Below are positions 1 to 11,915 of a DNA stretch of 64,000 nt, piece by piece. Under the pieces are notes generated by a model that had not been told where the DNA came from, searched no databases, and saw only the letters and a list, made by a program, of their open reading frames with translations. Every line of letters begins with the position of its first letter. The stretch's first letter is position 1. This stretch comes from Rhizophagus irregularis (taxonomy: Eukaryota), in assembly GCF_026210795.1 (NCBI RefSeq), contig NC_089433.1, positions 2,480,001 to 2,544,000 on the forward strand, read 5' to 3'. The position numbers and the translations under genes were made by a program.

Positions 1-1783
1 GCGTGAAGCGCTTGTCTATCCCATCCCGAAGCCTCATGAATTTGACGCCCAATTAAAGAATACACGACCTATTACCTTGTTAGAAACTGTACGAAAATGT
101 GTGGTTAAGGTCGTTACAACTCGACTTTCAAAAATCCTCGCTGATAACCAAGTGCTTTACCAGGCGGTTCCACTGACATTCCTATTAAAATGCTTGATGC
201 TATTATCCATCAACGCCGCTTTGACAAAACTGATGACCAAGAGTTATGGATTGTTTCCCAAGACATTTCTAAGGCCTTTGACTCGATTGACCTAAATATG
301 CTTAAATTGGCTTTAATCCGTTTGCATATCCCGCCTTTGTTGATCAAATTTATCATTAATCTTTTCACTAGACGTAATAATAAAATTATTACTCATTATG
401 GTGATACTTCTGGATATAGAGTTAGAATCGGTATTGACCAGGGTGAAATTATTTCTCCGTTATTATGGGTGATTTATTTAGATCCTTTGCTTACAACACT
501 TAATCGAGAAGCTTGTGATCCGTTTATTTTGAAATCCTCTGCATTATTGGATTACTCTCCGATTGATTATGAACAATATAATTTGCCTGTTTCTCATATT
601 ACATTTATGGATGACTCTACTTTGATTGCTTCATCTAAACGAGGAATTGAAGATCGCCTTTCCATTACTGCTGAATTTTATACTTTAAATAATACTCAAG
701 CAAATTCAGCAAAATATATCCTTCTTTCTTCTGAACAATTTTCTCAAACTGTAATGTTTGATCTTTCTCCCTCCCCCTTAATTTCAAGTCCTACTCTTAC
801 TTTAAAAGCGTTAGCTTTATCTACATCTTTCCGTTTTTTAGGTGTTTGGTTTTGTCTTTCGGCTTCTTCTCGCTTTGTTCACAACCAAACCACTTCCATG
901 GTTAAGGATATGGCCGCTCTACTCAGTCCTAAGAAACTCTTGGCACAACACGTGGCTTATCTTTATAATATTGTATTACTTCTGAGATTGGAATTTCGCC
1001 TACAAACCACACTTTTTGCTGAATCTACCATTAATCGCATGGTCTCTCCAATGCTTTCCCTTATTCGACAGAAGGCTGGTTTTGTCTCAGTCACACCTCT
1101 TTCCGCACTTTTTACATTGTTGCCGTTCTCTATTCAACAAGCATTTGGTCGATTTTTATCATCTCATGTGGCTTCATGGCAGAAAATTTTTTCTCACCCT
1201 TCATATAAACTTTTTGCCAATTATATGATTACTTATCTCCAAGGCTTCCTGGATTGTGACGCCTGTCCTTCTACTATTGATTTGGAATCATGGTCTCATA
1301 CCTTTTCCCTTCGAACACATTCTTTATTCAATTCTTTATTGTTCTCTTCTCGATTGAATTTCACGTGGTCATTATTGTTCCGACCTCCGAGGAAAGATCT
1401 ACATCCAGCGATTCCACTCCGGTCTATTTTACCAAAAGAATTATTTACTTCTATGAAAAATGTTCGAAAAAATTTTGGCACTCATTTTCTTGCTCAATTG
1501 GTTACTCCGTGTAGCTCGCGACTGTTGTCATGGAAAGACTTACGCTTTCTTAAACGAGTTTCGAACAAAGGATCTGTGCCTGCTTGGTTTAATTATTTAT
1601 TTAATTTTGTTGTTATTTCTAATTCTTCTTTTTTTGTTTTACCGCAATTTAGAATACCTAATTCCCATACTGTAGCTTCTATCTCTTTTATAGATATTAG
1701 TCGAAATTATTTGTTTAATCCTCAATGGGCTATTTCTTTTAATCGCAATACTAACTCTTTCCTTGTTGGCCGTGTGATTATTA
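1..1783 (+). mobile_element. Non-LTR retrotransposon (LINE), 5' visible part: reverse transcriptase domain, pseudogenised; continues off the left edge
   Basis: RT motifs PIPKP..NTRPITLLET (frame from base 2), QDISKAFDSI, GIDQGEIISPLLW, FMDD, FRFLGV. Frameshift near 150-160 (VL and LPGGST are in different frames). ORF 190-1806 runs into the inserted element at 1784. Confidence 0.93.
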
Positions 1784-4700
1784 AGGACCCCGGAAACTCT
1801 ATATAAAGGTTGGTCTAAATTTTGAGAAATTTACTATTATCTTTACCCAGTTTAAGCCGAAAATTTACTAGTATCATTACCCAATTTAGAAATAACCTGA
1901 AATATTTTTCTAATATATATTACCCAAAATAAAAACAACCTATTATAATTTTATATAAGTAATTTATTAATAAAATGCGATATATCATACAAATAACGTG
2001 TTTTTTTTAATCCAGAATTGATACCAAAATATTAACTATATGTTTTTGTGAAAAAAATCAAAAATTTCCCAAGAATTTCCTATTAAACATAAACGACCAA
2101 TTAGATTAACAACTGTTGAATTAGTGTAAATTACATCCGAGCTATTATCAAAGTGATAAATAACTTGTTTTGGAGTTATATGTGCAAATAAATTGCCTCC
2201 CGTTTTACTTGCTGGAGAAAATAAATTGCCATCAATATTAATATATGTGGCAACTGAAATATAAGATAAAGAATCTATATCTTTTGAAAAAGAAATATAA
2301 GCATGTCGCTTAGATACTAATTTATATATTGACAATACTTTTCCTAGTAATATCTCTTCTTTTGATATATATAAAATAAAATTATTTTCTTGTAATGGAT
2401 TATTATCGGTTACATTTGCATAGGAAATATTTGAAGCTATTATTTAGAATAATAAATAAATATAATAAATAAAAATTAAAAAATTAAAATAATGCCTTTA
2501 CCTTTAACATGTTGGGGTAATCCAATATTCTCAAGTTTTTTTCTTCCCATCCATCTTTCTTTTCGTGATCTATTTATTAATTCAAAAGTACTATCATTTC
2601 GGAAAAATTCTGAAACTAATAAATTTGCTGAATTTTGTTTTAATTTTGCCTGATTATTGGATGATCGAATTGCATTTAATTGACGATTTTGGCAAGGTCG
2701 TTCAGATCGTGAAAATGCATTATGAGATGCACGAATTTGAATTATTTGTGATATATTCATTGAACCATCTATATAAAACAATTCATTTTGTTCTAATTCA
2801 ATCACCGGAAAATATTTTTTTGAAGTATTTAGAATATAATCCAATTCTATTTTTGATAAATCTGAAAGCTTATGCTCTTGTTCTGGTTCATTTGTTTGTT
2901 GCTCTAAATCTGCTAATTGTGATAATTGTGCTACTTCTAAAGCTGCATTAGTTAAAGAATAATCTTCATTTAAATCAGATTCATCATTATTGAAATCAAA
3001 TCCACTGATATCATTTATATCATCTGAATTATCAGAACTAATATTTAAATAATTAGAAATTGCCATTGATTGATGTGATGTTGAACCATAAAAGCGTGGA
3101 ATTGACTTATCATTTAATAGTTTAATTCCTAATACTTTAATAAATTTAGCCGCATCTTCATATGCTATTTTGATTGCATCATGAATAGCATTATCATTTG
3201 GCCATGTTCGTAAAATATCAATATTTTCATTGATTTAAAATTTGGATCAAAATCAAATATATATCCTAATAAATAATTAATAAACCAAATAAGTTAATTA
3301 TATTTATATAAAAATTTGAAATACAATGTTTATTAATTTACCTGATGCTGATGTTTTTTCCTTTTGAATTTGCATATTTTGTCTAATAATTTTGTCCCGG
3401 TATGCAACACATTGTTGAATTTTAAAAAATTCATAAAAGGAAAAATCATTTGTTATTTGACGAGATATACCAAACACATGTTCTATAGCCTCTGTACCAT
3501 GTTCCCAAGGATATAAAGGGTATGATGAGTAAAATTCACGATGAGATATAATTAAAAGTATTAAGGATTTTGCTAAATTGGTAAAAATTTTAAAACTTTG
3601 TGGAGAAATAAAGTTTTTGGCAATAGAAAACATTGAATTATATAATTTACTAGAATCTTCTATATATTCAATCCACATATTTAAAAAAAAATATCCACGC
3701 ATGGCCATTATAATTCGTTCCTTATGAGAAATATTACAATTTAGGTATGAATCAAAAAGATCTCCTATTTAAAAAATAAAAAATCTATTATACACAAATA
3801 TAATAATTATATAATAAACATTAATTATTTATTACCTAACACAAATAGATAAACAAATAAAGATTGCATTTCATTATTTTCTAAACCAGTTTGATATATT
3901 TGTGCTAATATGTCTGAATGAAATACTCTATATGCGGCCCCATCATCCTGTTTATCAACATTAACAACATCCCACATATAAAGCGCATGATCTGGAGATT
4001 GAGCAAGAGTTAAGAGATGTCGGTAAAGTATTACATTATTCCCAAGTACAAGTAGTCTTGTGCCTGAATGAAGTTGATTACGAGCTGTTTTCTTAGCATG
4101 TTTGAGATCTTGTACAGTTATGATAGGTAAATTTCGATAAATTGGCATCTATACATATTAATTTATTTAATAAAAATTTCTTTTAAAATCATACTTTTAT
4201 TATAATATAATCACCTGGAAATGTACATTATAATAATTATCATGAAATTCAAAAAAAGTTTCAGCTTTTTCACTATTCATTATTAATTGTTGCGCATTAT
4301 ATTCAACAGGAGCACCATCTGATCCCAAACTAACTAAATTAACACCTGCATCTTGGGACATGGTTATTACATTCATTAGAAGGTCATAAATTTCTGCAGT
4401 ATTAGATCCCCCATTTGTTGGTAACATAGAAATTACAAGAGGCGGAATTTTTTCAATTGGAATCTAAAAAAATACTTAAAATGTAAATAATTTTTTAATT
4501 AATTTTTATATTATATTTAATTCATACCTTTAATACTATTACTTTAACTTGAGTTGCAATAGCTTTTTTTTGTTTTATATAATTTATAACATTATGAATA
4601 TCATCATATGTTTGAACCGAAGTCTCTGATAATTTTAAAGTAGATCCAACAATACCACCTAGTTCATCTGAATAAGTAAGTTTAGGTCGAATTTTTGTAC

Positions 4701-6278
4701 AATCTGTCATTCCAACAACAGGTCCATTCCAATTAAGTGCTTTAATTAACTGAGAAAATTTTAGTATATTTTCATATATTAATTCTGGATTAGTCACAAC
4801 ATCAACTTCTTTTGCTCGCAGGTATCTTATAGATCGAACGCTCATTCCCGCAAACATTTGTCTAAAAATCTCATATTCACGACTGCTCTCTGATAATAAA
4901 CTAAAAAATTGTTTTAAGTGTTCAGAATAACGGAGACCTGTAGTTTTTTTGTTTCTTAATTTTTTTTCCTGTATTTGTATCATTAGTGATACTAATTCTT
5001 GAAATGTTTTTTCTCCTTTAAAAAATCCATCTTTTCCGAATTGAGCTAATTTAGTCCAAATTGCCGTATTGTCATTATCTTCATCAGCTAATGCCCATAA
5101 TGATTTGAGATTCGTATTAAGAAGTAATTTGCTTAAAGGATGTTCAAGATAGCATTTTGGAATAAAGCGAATATTTTTTCCAGTTGCTCGCCGCTATAAA
5201 TACAAAAAAAACAGATGATTAAATTTATAAACATAATAAATACATAATATGGTTGAACTCGTACCTTATTAATTGCTTTAATTAGGCGATTATCCCTTCT
5301 TAATTGGTCACAGTTATCACAAATACCTGATTCTCGGATTGTAAAATTTTCACATGCTTTGCTTCTGATGGATATAGTAGTTTTATCTAATATCCATGTA
5401 GCACATGCACGTAGATAATTTTTGAGATCATCACGGTTTGCTGTACTGATCCCCAAATTCAGCAGGACTATTAAGTACATACTCTCAATACTTTTCTTCA
5501 TATAATCCTTTACACGCAACTTTTTGGACAATTGTGTTTTCCTCTTCATATCTAATCTTTTTAAGTTTAAAAAAAACTTTAATACTTTGTTGACCTTCTC
5601 CACTATATTTACAATTACTTAATTCGCCATGTGTTGTAAGATTTTTATCTCTAAAATCTCGATCTAAACGAATTTCTTTACCACACTTACAACAAACTAA
5701 TTTTGGTGTTATTTCTTCCATAAAATATTTATTAGCATGCAATTTATTCTGTAACTCATCTATTTCTGTTTGTAAAAAAATTTTTTTTCTACGTTTTCTC
5801 TTTCTCTTTTGTAAATTATTTTCATCTATTATTACTTCATTTTTCTCCACGTTTATCTCATCCAACATTTCAACTAAATCATACCCGAGAAAATCAAGAG
5901 TTTCTTCAGAATCATATTCATTATCATCGGGTAGAAAAAACTTTATAAAAGGAAAATTTTTAGGACTTTCGGTTTGCATCTTTTGAATAGACGAAAAAAA
6001 TTTTTTTATCATGATTTTACAAGGTATATTTATATATATATATATTACCCCTATAAAAAATACATATGTTTGTTACCCATTATAGTAACAACCTCGAAAG
6101 TGATTATAGGACGATTACCCATTTTATGTAACAACAATATTATTCTTACCCAATTTAATAACTACCCTAAAATTTTTTTATAGCAAAATTACCCGACTTA
6201 ACGAGCAACAATTTTGGATTTTATATAACAACTTTACCCATTTTAACGGCAACCTATATATAGAGTTTCCGGGGTCCT
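1784..6278 (-). mobile_element. P-element-like DNA transposon (copy 1, transposase-bearing), inserted in the LINE ORF
   Basis: 29-bp TIRs aggaccccggaaactctatata(a/t)aggttg with 1 mismatch. 8-bp TSD gattatta at 1776-1783 and 6279-6286. Clustered ttaccc motifs near both ends. Internal P-type transposase. Confidence 0.9.
2036..6012 (-). pseudogene. Multi-exon P-element/THAP9-like transposase, disrupted by a stop and frameshifts
   Basis: Spliced fragments give N-terminal CxxC..H..C (CKCGKEIRLD..THGELSNC), then GMTDCTKI, SLGSDGAP, QDLKHAKKTARN (DxxHxxKxxRN), VDKQDDGAAYRVF and HGTEAIEHVFGISR (ExxFGxxR). Order and form match P-family transposase motifs. TGA at about 5485-5487 and frameshifts near 5450 and 3235. 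Confidence 0.8.
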
Positions 6279-6286
6279 GATTATTA

Positions 6287-8315
6287 CCTATCCTGCTCCG
6301 CGAAATGAAGCTCTTATTTCACATTGGTTTGCGTCATCTATTGATGACTTATTGTCCAAATTCACTGCATGTCAAGGTTGTGCTTCTGCTATTCCGCGAT
6401 CCTTTACCTCCAAAACGTTGATTAAACGATGTCCCTCTGAAGAGTGTTTCTCTTATGTGCCTTTATCAAATCTTATCCATTACCCTACGAAGCCTCGTAC
6501 TTATATACATGTGGACACTCGTTCAGTTTTACTTTCCGCCTCGTTAGGCTATGCCAAATCTCTTTTATTATTTCATCTTTTTGCCCTGATCCGGTCACTT
6601 CCTAAGAATAATCAAGTGTCTAGGATCTCTAATATTCAACTTCCTTCTTCGGTGTCTACACTTTATGTTGATGGTTCTTTCCTTCCTCTCTCTAGTTGTT
6701 CGACACCTTCAATGACTTATGCATGTACTGCTATCGATTCTGATGGGTTTATTCTTGAATCTCATTATAATACCATTCCTTCTCTTTTTCCTTCTGCATT
6801 GCGTTCAGAAGTTTTTGCTTTATTACATGAACTGGACTCCCTTCCTCAGAATGCCAAGATTACTGTCACCACTGATTGTGCTCTATTGCTTTCTTTGTGG
6901 TCTTTATATGTGGAAGCTCCTTTTATTCCTCGAATGCTTAATGAATCCAACCACCTTTTGTGGTCTTCCTTGAGATATCTTGTCTCACAAAAAAATTTGG
7001 ATGTTACTTTGATCAAGGTTCCTGCTCATGCTGACGATGCCTTGAATAACCATGTGGATGCATTAGCTAAAGCTGCTCATACGGACTCGTCACTTTCCTT
7101 TCAATTGTTGTCCGAACCAATAGCCCCTTGCATTTTACAATTTAACTCTTTATCTGTGGATATGAATATCCGAAAATTTATTAGAGATATCTTTGACGCT
7201 AAGAGTCTTTTAACTCTTGTTATATTACCAAGATTTAATTCTAACTCTTCTATTTTTGATATCGATTGGGCTTGTACCAAATTTTGTCTTAGCAACAATA
7301 AACAAATTTTCTCCCATCGGAATGGCCGTTCTGCATTTTGTGCATTCCGTATCAAATTACTATTAGATATGCTTCCGACACTTACAACTCTTCAAAGACG
7401 AAGGCCTCATCTTTATGATCCGAGTTGGCTTTGTCCTCAGTGCAACTCCTTTCCAGAAACTCTAGACCACTTGTGGACTTGTCCTTATATTTTACCTGAT
7501 TTTAGTCTTTTTAATACTTTCAAAACACTTTTACTGGATCTTCGGTCTAAATACCTTGATAACCTTCTTTCTGCGACTCCTTTAATATCTTTACCAGATT
7601 CTTTTGTTGATGAATTTACGGCTATTGACTGTTGGAAATGTGATCCTCCTTCGATTTCCTGCCTGCGACTCGCACGTGAACTTATACCGATGTCCCTTAC
7701 TGGTTTCCTTAGAACTTATTTTTCACCATCCACTATTTGGTCTATTTTAGATACACCTTTGTACAACTTTCATTTTGACCTTTATGTTCAAATCTGGTTG
7801 TGCCGTTCCATTTTTTTTCATCATTGGGAATTAGCTCAAGGCATCACTAATAAAGTGAAATCGTCTGCCTTTGGACCTTCTCCTATCTCTCACCCTTCCT
7901 CTATAAATTCTCCTGATTCTTCGGCACCTTCCCTGGCGACAGTTTCCTTGGATTCCTGGGTTTCTTGGGTTTACTCTTATATAATCCGTGGTGGATCTTG
8001 GATCTCGCACTTGGATTTTTGGCGCCGCTTAACAGTTCAGCCTCTACTTAGGATTTCTTTTGAGTAACAGATTGGATCTTAGGGCATGCTGGATAGTTGA
8101 CTCACACTGGCCTTCGGGTAAAGTTGGGGTATGCGTTTCTGTAATAGTTTAGTTTTTCTTTACTTAATTTTATTTTGTTTAGATTTCTTTACTTGTATGA
8201 ATCGTGAAGCTAGTTCTTTTTATTTTTTATGTTTATTTTTATATATTTTTTGTTTGTAATATTGTTTGATTTGATTATTGTACTTTTCGTTTAAAAATTA
8301 TAATAAAAGATAAAG
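6287..8315 (+). mobile_element. LINE 3' part: RNase H and zf-RVT-like C-terminus (ORF to 8067), 3' UTR and degenerate A-rich tail
   Basis: RNase H motifs LYVDGS, RSEVFALL, TDC, KVPAHADDALNNHVDALAK. CCHC motif CPQCNSFPETLDHLWTC. Removing 1784-6286 restores the frame (GRVII-TYPAPRNE...LLSKF). Confidence 0.92.
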
Positions 8316-8387
8316 TCATAAGACTGTTTACTCATAATCACTAAATATGGACTGTCCCAAATGTGTGACTATAAAGAGAGTTGACTG
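8316..8387. mobile_element. Terminal fragment of a pogo/Tc1-type element, probably the host of the LINE insertion
   Basis: Ends gactataaagagagttgactg|ta (reverse complement cagtcaactctc...), similar to the pogo end at 40207. Confidence 0.45.
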
Positions 8388-8757
8388 TATACAGTAAATT
8401 GGAGATGAGTATTAAAAAATTTTTATTTAATATTATTATACTATAATTTGGTAAATATTTCTTTTAAATTAATATAATTCTTAGCACTTACTATATATGT
8501 TAAAAATTTGTATCTCAACTTTAAACATAAATATCTCCAGATCCAGTGATCCAATCGGCAAGCTCTTTTTTTGTTCATATAGACCAGATCAAGGGCTTTT
8601 CAAAAAGCCTAAATTTATACAAAATAGATCAGTAGATCCCAAAATATTTGCATTTAAGCATGTTAAAAAGTTAATAATTATTTTTATTGTTTGAAAATAT
8701 CTATTATGAACCATCTTTTATATAATATTTTTATTATACTTTTATAATATTTTATTA

Positions 8758-9030
8758 CAGCAGATTGCAAAATTGTAAACCATTCTATGATTTTTTAATT
8801 AGAAAATTTGATATTTTGAATTTTTCAAAAACCAGTAAAAAATCAAGTTAAAAACCTGTTTATTCAACTCCTTAAATAAAAATATAAATATATCATATGA
8901 TTCAATATAAATAAATTACTTTAAAATCTATATTAATTTTATGGAGTTAAAGTTATTAAATTATTACCAAAATAGGTATTTAAACTTGCTTTTTTACTAA
9001 TTCTTGAAAAATTCAAAATATCAAATTTTT
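8758..9030. mobile_element. Truncated copy of the palindromic Tc1/mariner-type MITE at 11606-11915
   Basis: Starts ta|cagcagattgcaaaattgtaa. Near-identical to 11606-11870, right end missing. Absent from repeat copy B. Confidence 0.8.
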
Positions 9031-9297
9031 AAAATATACTTACTTTTTAATAATATATGTTAAAATTCCATATATATGAGAAATGGATTTTTTATTAGTG
9101 AAATAGGTTTTTTTACAACTCTTTTACATTTAATAATTTAAGTTTCGCAAATGTAAATTTTTGTTCAACTTATTATTTAGTCAAATGATCATCAATCAGA
9201 TGATTTTTTGGTATTACAAAACAATTTTGAATAACAAAAATTATGAAAATCAATTCAATAGCTCTTTAATGCAGAGTAAAAACAAATCAATCCATAT

Positions 9298-9690
9298 CAC
9301 TAGGCGGGTACCGGATGGCAGCTTGTACTATCTCATGTTCTCTCTATCTCAATGGTCACTACTATACCATTGAGGGATTCACAACTGTACCTTGGGGCTA
9401 AGGAATCGTGAGGCTGTAGTGACCTTGAGTGAGCCTTAGTTCAGTTCTGAAGTGTGAATGTTGGTACAGAAGGATATAAGAATAAGTAGGGGGTTATAGC
9501 TAGCCAGTTAGTATTCCATTGATGGATAAAGACTATCCTGAGTTCAAATTAAAATGGCAGTTGTAGTGATTCTAGGTTTGACTGCTGACACCAGTTGGAT
9601 GGTAGTCATCAGTCATCATCACCTGTGGATTACCAAGCTATATATGGGTTCTTAAATGTGAACTCCACCCTAAGTCAAATACAAAAACAA
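9298..9690 (+). mobile_element. SINE-like retroposon (393 bp)
   Basis: GC-richer insert flanked by a 21-bp duplication taaaaacaaatca(a/g)tccatat (9277-9297 and 9691-9711). A-rich 3' end. Absent from repeat copy B. Confidence 0.75.
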
Positions 9691-10322
9691 TAAAAACAAA
9701 TCAGTCCATATGCTTTTTCCCATTTATTATATTTTATGTTGATTTATTCCAGTCAAATATTAACTTTCAGAAAAACAAAATGCAAAAGTATATTAGCTGT
9801 TAATCTTATCAATAGAAAATATAAAATACATTAATGTTTTCTTTAAAATTAGATGGTTTAATTCGTGTGCGTATATGAAGCCTAGATAATAAACATATAA
9901 AAAAATAGGTCTAACCTGAATCCACTTTTTTTTATACTCAAATATTTTTTTTAAGACGTGTAAATTACGACCAAACGCATAAGTCAAACCAAAAGTTATA
10001 ATACAACTTTCCTTACTACCAGAAAAATTATTCCAGAAATACATTATGGACATTTTTCTCGGGAATGGTGGATAGCAACTGAAAATAATATAAATGATCA
10101 GGCAATGTGATTAGTTCCAATAATTATGAGTTTATTATTGTTTTAGGTGCAGATATAGAAATTTCACCTGGTCCAAAATATCAAGCAAATTGTTATTTTA
10201 TAAATAACAAGTTAATAAATAGTAATATATGTACAAACTCTTCATTTGCTATTACATCATTATATAAACATCATTTTGGAACAAAAACAAAATTTTCTGG
10301 GCCACTTGTTATGGGTTTTGAC

Positions 10323-10567
10323 TAAAGTTGCTGGAGAAACTAGGGGGTTTTGGCAAGTTGGCAAAATGCTAAAATGGCGAAACTTTGCCGAAACTATATG
10401 AAAGTCTTATTAAAAAGTTGGCAAAATTCTGGAAAAAAGCGAAACCTGACGAAACCTATTATAAATGCCAAAACTGCCGAAACCTTACCAAAACTATAAT
10501 AAAACTATAGTAAAATTTTGGAGAAACTAATCATAGAATTTTGGAAAGGTTTAGGCAGGCAACCTTA
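10323..10567. mobile_element. hAT-type MITE
   Basis: Ends taaagttgc / gcaacctta. 8-bp TSD gttttgac (10315-10322, 10568-10575). Internal gaaac repeats. Removal restores MGFD-QEII. Confidence 0.85.
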
Positions 10568-11605
10568 GTTTTGACCAAGAGATTATCGTAGAATAATTAC
10601 TAAAAGATGTTCAATTTCAGCCTTTTGAATTTTTCGTGGAATGACTTCAGATAGTAGTTTTTGGAATTGGAATTTCAAATAATCAAGAATGGAACTATGC
10701 TGGGGAAATCTTTTATTGATAATGTTAATAAAAAACTATTTTTATATGTTCAAACTTTTGCTGCTAAGAAATGTATTCTTACTGTTTACAAAGATAATAA
10801 ACTTAGAAAAATTATTTGTGGAAAAACTCCAGCAGATGTGTAGTCTCAAGTAGATTATAAACCAAAATTTAATGCAAACAAATTATTTGGAGTTGATAAT
10901 GAATATACACAAACATTAATCAGTGTCTATCATATACACCAGAAGAATGAAATAATTTACCTTTATTACAGCAAATCTTTGAATATCATCTAAAAAAACA
11001 AATAATTTCTGATGTTAACTGGATGGGATTTATTGAAAATTGGAAAAATCAACAGAGTGAAATTATTGAATTGCAAATATCTTTGATACAACTATATAGA
11101 TCTGAATATCATATGAATTCACATGAATTTTGTGCCTAGAAATTAATGCTTAAGCATATGGGTTGTGTAGAAATTACACCTTATAATAAAGATCAAAGTG
11201 AAATAAGAAATGGACATGTTAATTAATATTAAGCAATAATACCAAAAAAATATTTATCTAATTTGAATTATTTATATTTACAGTTTGAATTTTGGACAAG
11301 ATCGGTAAATTCAGAAAAAGATCGTGAGACATTACAAATTTTACATGATCTTGATTTTCTTTATCCTACACCGAGAAAATTTTGTGATCAAACAGAAACT
11401 CTATGGAATTGTATTCATGAATCATTGAATGCAAATAAAAAAGGTCAAGATGGAAAAAGGCACATTTTGTCTATTATTGCAGAACAATTTCCATATTGTG
11501 AATTAAAAAGATTTGAATGTTAGTAATATTTTCATATAAAAATTTAGTAATTCAGTTTGACTAAGATTATTTTTTTTTATTAGATCTATTCATCAAATAT
11601 GATTA

Positions 11606-11915
11606 CAGCAGATTGCAAAATTGTAAGACCACCCTATGATTTTTTAATTTGAAAATTTGATATTTTGAATTTTTCAAAAACCAGTAAAAAATCAAGTTAA
11701 AAATCTGTTTATTCAACTCCTTAAATAAAAATAGAAATATATCATATGATTCAATATAAATAAATTACTTTAAAATCTTTATTAATTTTAAGGAGTTAAA
11801 GTTATTACCAAAATAGGTATTTAAACTTGCTTTTTTACTAATTCTTGAAAAATTCAAAATATCAAATTTTCAAATTGAAAATCATAGGGTGGTCTTACAA
11901 TTTTACAATCTGCTG
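11606..11915. mobile_element. Palindromic Tc1/mariner-type MITE (310 bp)
   Basis: TA duplication. Long TIRs starting cagcagattg(c/t)aaaattgtaagaccaccctatgat. Nearly the whole element is a fold-back. Confidence 0.92.

Larger units (their letters stand above)
8392..9712. repeat. Long repeat copy A, probable long TIR of the Sola3-like element, interrupted by two insertions
   Basis: Highly similar to 19535-20349 in the same orientation. Its inner end (acaaatcagtccatatg) recurs inverted at 13278-13297. Confidence 0.75.

Noticed and set aside
1..1806. Bacterial RT system (group II intron, retron, DGR)
   Set aside because: The RT continues in frame into RNase H and a CCHC finger with an A-rich 3' end, which is a LINE layout.
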